64,000 nt of DNA from Ramazzottius varieornatus (Eukaryota > Animalia > Tardigrada): the NCBI GenBank assembly GCA_001949185.1, contig BDGG01000008.1, positions 744,001 through 808,000 of the forward strand, in the 5' to 3' direction. Within the stretch, counting starts at the first letter, position 1; every line of letters begins with the position of its first letter. Of this stretch, positions 63,192-64,000 are shown one piece after another. The notes beneath the pieces were generated by a model that worked only from the letters and a program-made list of their open reading frames with translations, was not told the DNA's origin and made no database searches. The translations under genes and the position numbers were made by a program.

Positions 63192-63678
63192 TCATACAGT
63201 GACATCTTTCAGCTCTTCGGGCATATCTTTTCCGGCGTGTTTGTTCTCAAAGTGCTGCTTGTACGTCTTCGGGTCAGGCATCTGAGCCTATGGAGACAGC
63301 GCATACATGATACGAACAAATTCTCCGAAAAAGGGAAGAGAATGCGGGTTACAGGAAGGCCAAGTACGGGGCTCAAGGCCACGTTGTGCCAAGAGCCCCT
63401 TCAGACTTATTCCTCAGTAGGACGTACCTTACAAACTGCACAACTGAACTTCAGAGCCACCGCCGCGGTATCCTTCTGATTCGGTCCTCCTTGTTGCTGA
63501 AAGCAGAACTCAATCTTTACACCACGTATACAATCATAAGGAAACTGGCGCATCTGTTCCTGTAGGAACTGTCATGCAAGGACGAAACACGAAAGCACGC
63601 TGCTCTTACCTTTTTGATCTTAGCCTGCTTTTCCGCATTCTTCTGCTGTGACTGGATCTTCTGTTGACCACGAGCCAT
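63192..63678 (-). CDS. ZNF706: Zinc finger protein 706 (4F5/SERF-like N-terminus plus C2H2)
   Basis: MARGQQKIQSQQKNAEKQAKIKK|QQGGPNQKDTAAVALKFSCAVCK|AQMPDPKTYKQHFENKH...; 3 exons. Confidence 0.96.
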
Positions 63679-64000
63679 GATGCTTTGATTATCTGGCGCG
63701 GAAGAGGTCAACCCACCAGGATGGCTGATCAGTAATAAACGATCACTCACTCGATCCGTCGATCGGATCGCGGGTCAACCTTTGATCACCAAACCCCCGC
63801 AAGTAGGGACACAAGATTCGCAAGTCGTAAGGATGCACGAGTTTGGAAAGAGTACAACAATGAGGGACAGACGGTCACAAACCACGGGAAGAAAAGCAAT
63901 GCAGAAATCAAGTCGAACTTTGACAAACGATAAGCAAGAGAAAAGCTACTTAGAATTTCAGAAAACAACCGTTCTGTTCATCTGTTGTATGTTCAACAAA

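Overview
A gene-dense window from a compact animal genome, with typical GT-AG introns of about 55-100 bp and roughly balanced GC. The markers are mir-87, a clip-domain serine-protease homologue, motile-cilium genes and a rhodopsin-like GPCR relic. Together they point to a non-nematode protostome, most likely a tardigrade (Ramazzottius-like); this is inference only. The first ~6 kb is accessory: an orphan gene end, nested palindromes, a TA-flanked non-autonomous DNA transposon, a MADF pseudogene and an orphan pseudogene. In order, the window then carries SEH1, an inactive clip serine protease, a GPCR pseudogene, a MATH/BTB gene whose stop codon overlaps that of COQ6, ANP32, tRNA-Pro(TGG), CFAP45, DSCC1 and MRPL41. 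An ~8 kb non-coding interval follows, holding a clear mir-87 hairpin and a possible second paralogue. The rest contains DNAJA3, TMEM234, HBS1L, two tandem MFSD11/UNC-93-like genes, an F-box pseudogene, a UBAP1 apparently lacking its SOUBA domain, a FAM47-like gene, a ~590-aa secreted low-complexity orphan, CLUAP1, a CEP350-like gene and ZNF706. The most striking unexplained structure is a dispersed family of ~120-bp fold-back elements (core CAAGTGGCGCAC...GTGCGCCACTTG, ends TGGGAG..CGGCAAAC). There are 9-10 copies, almost all inside introns, diverged from each other but still self-complementary. Exon boundaries were read by eye and are approximate.
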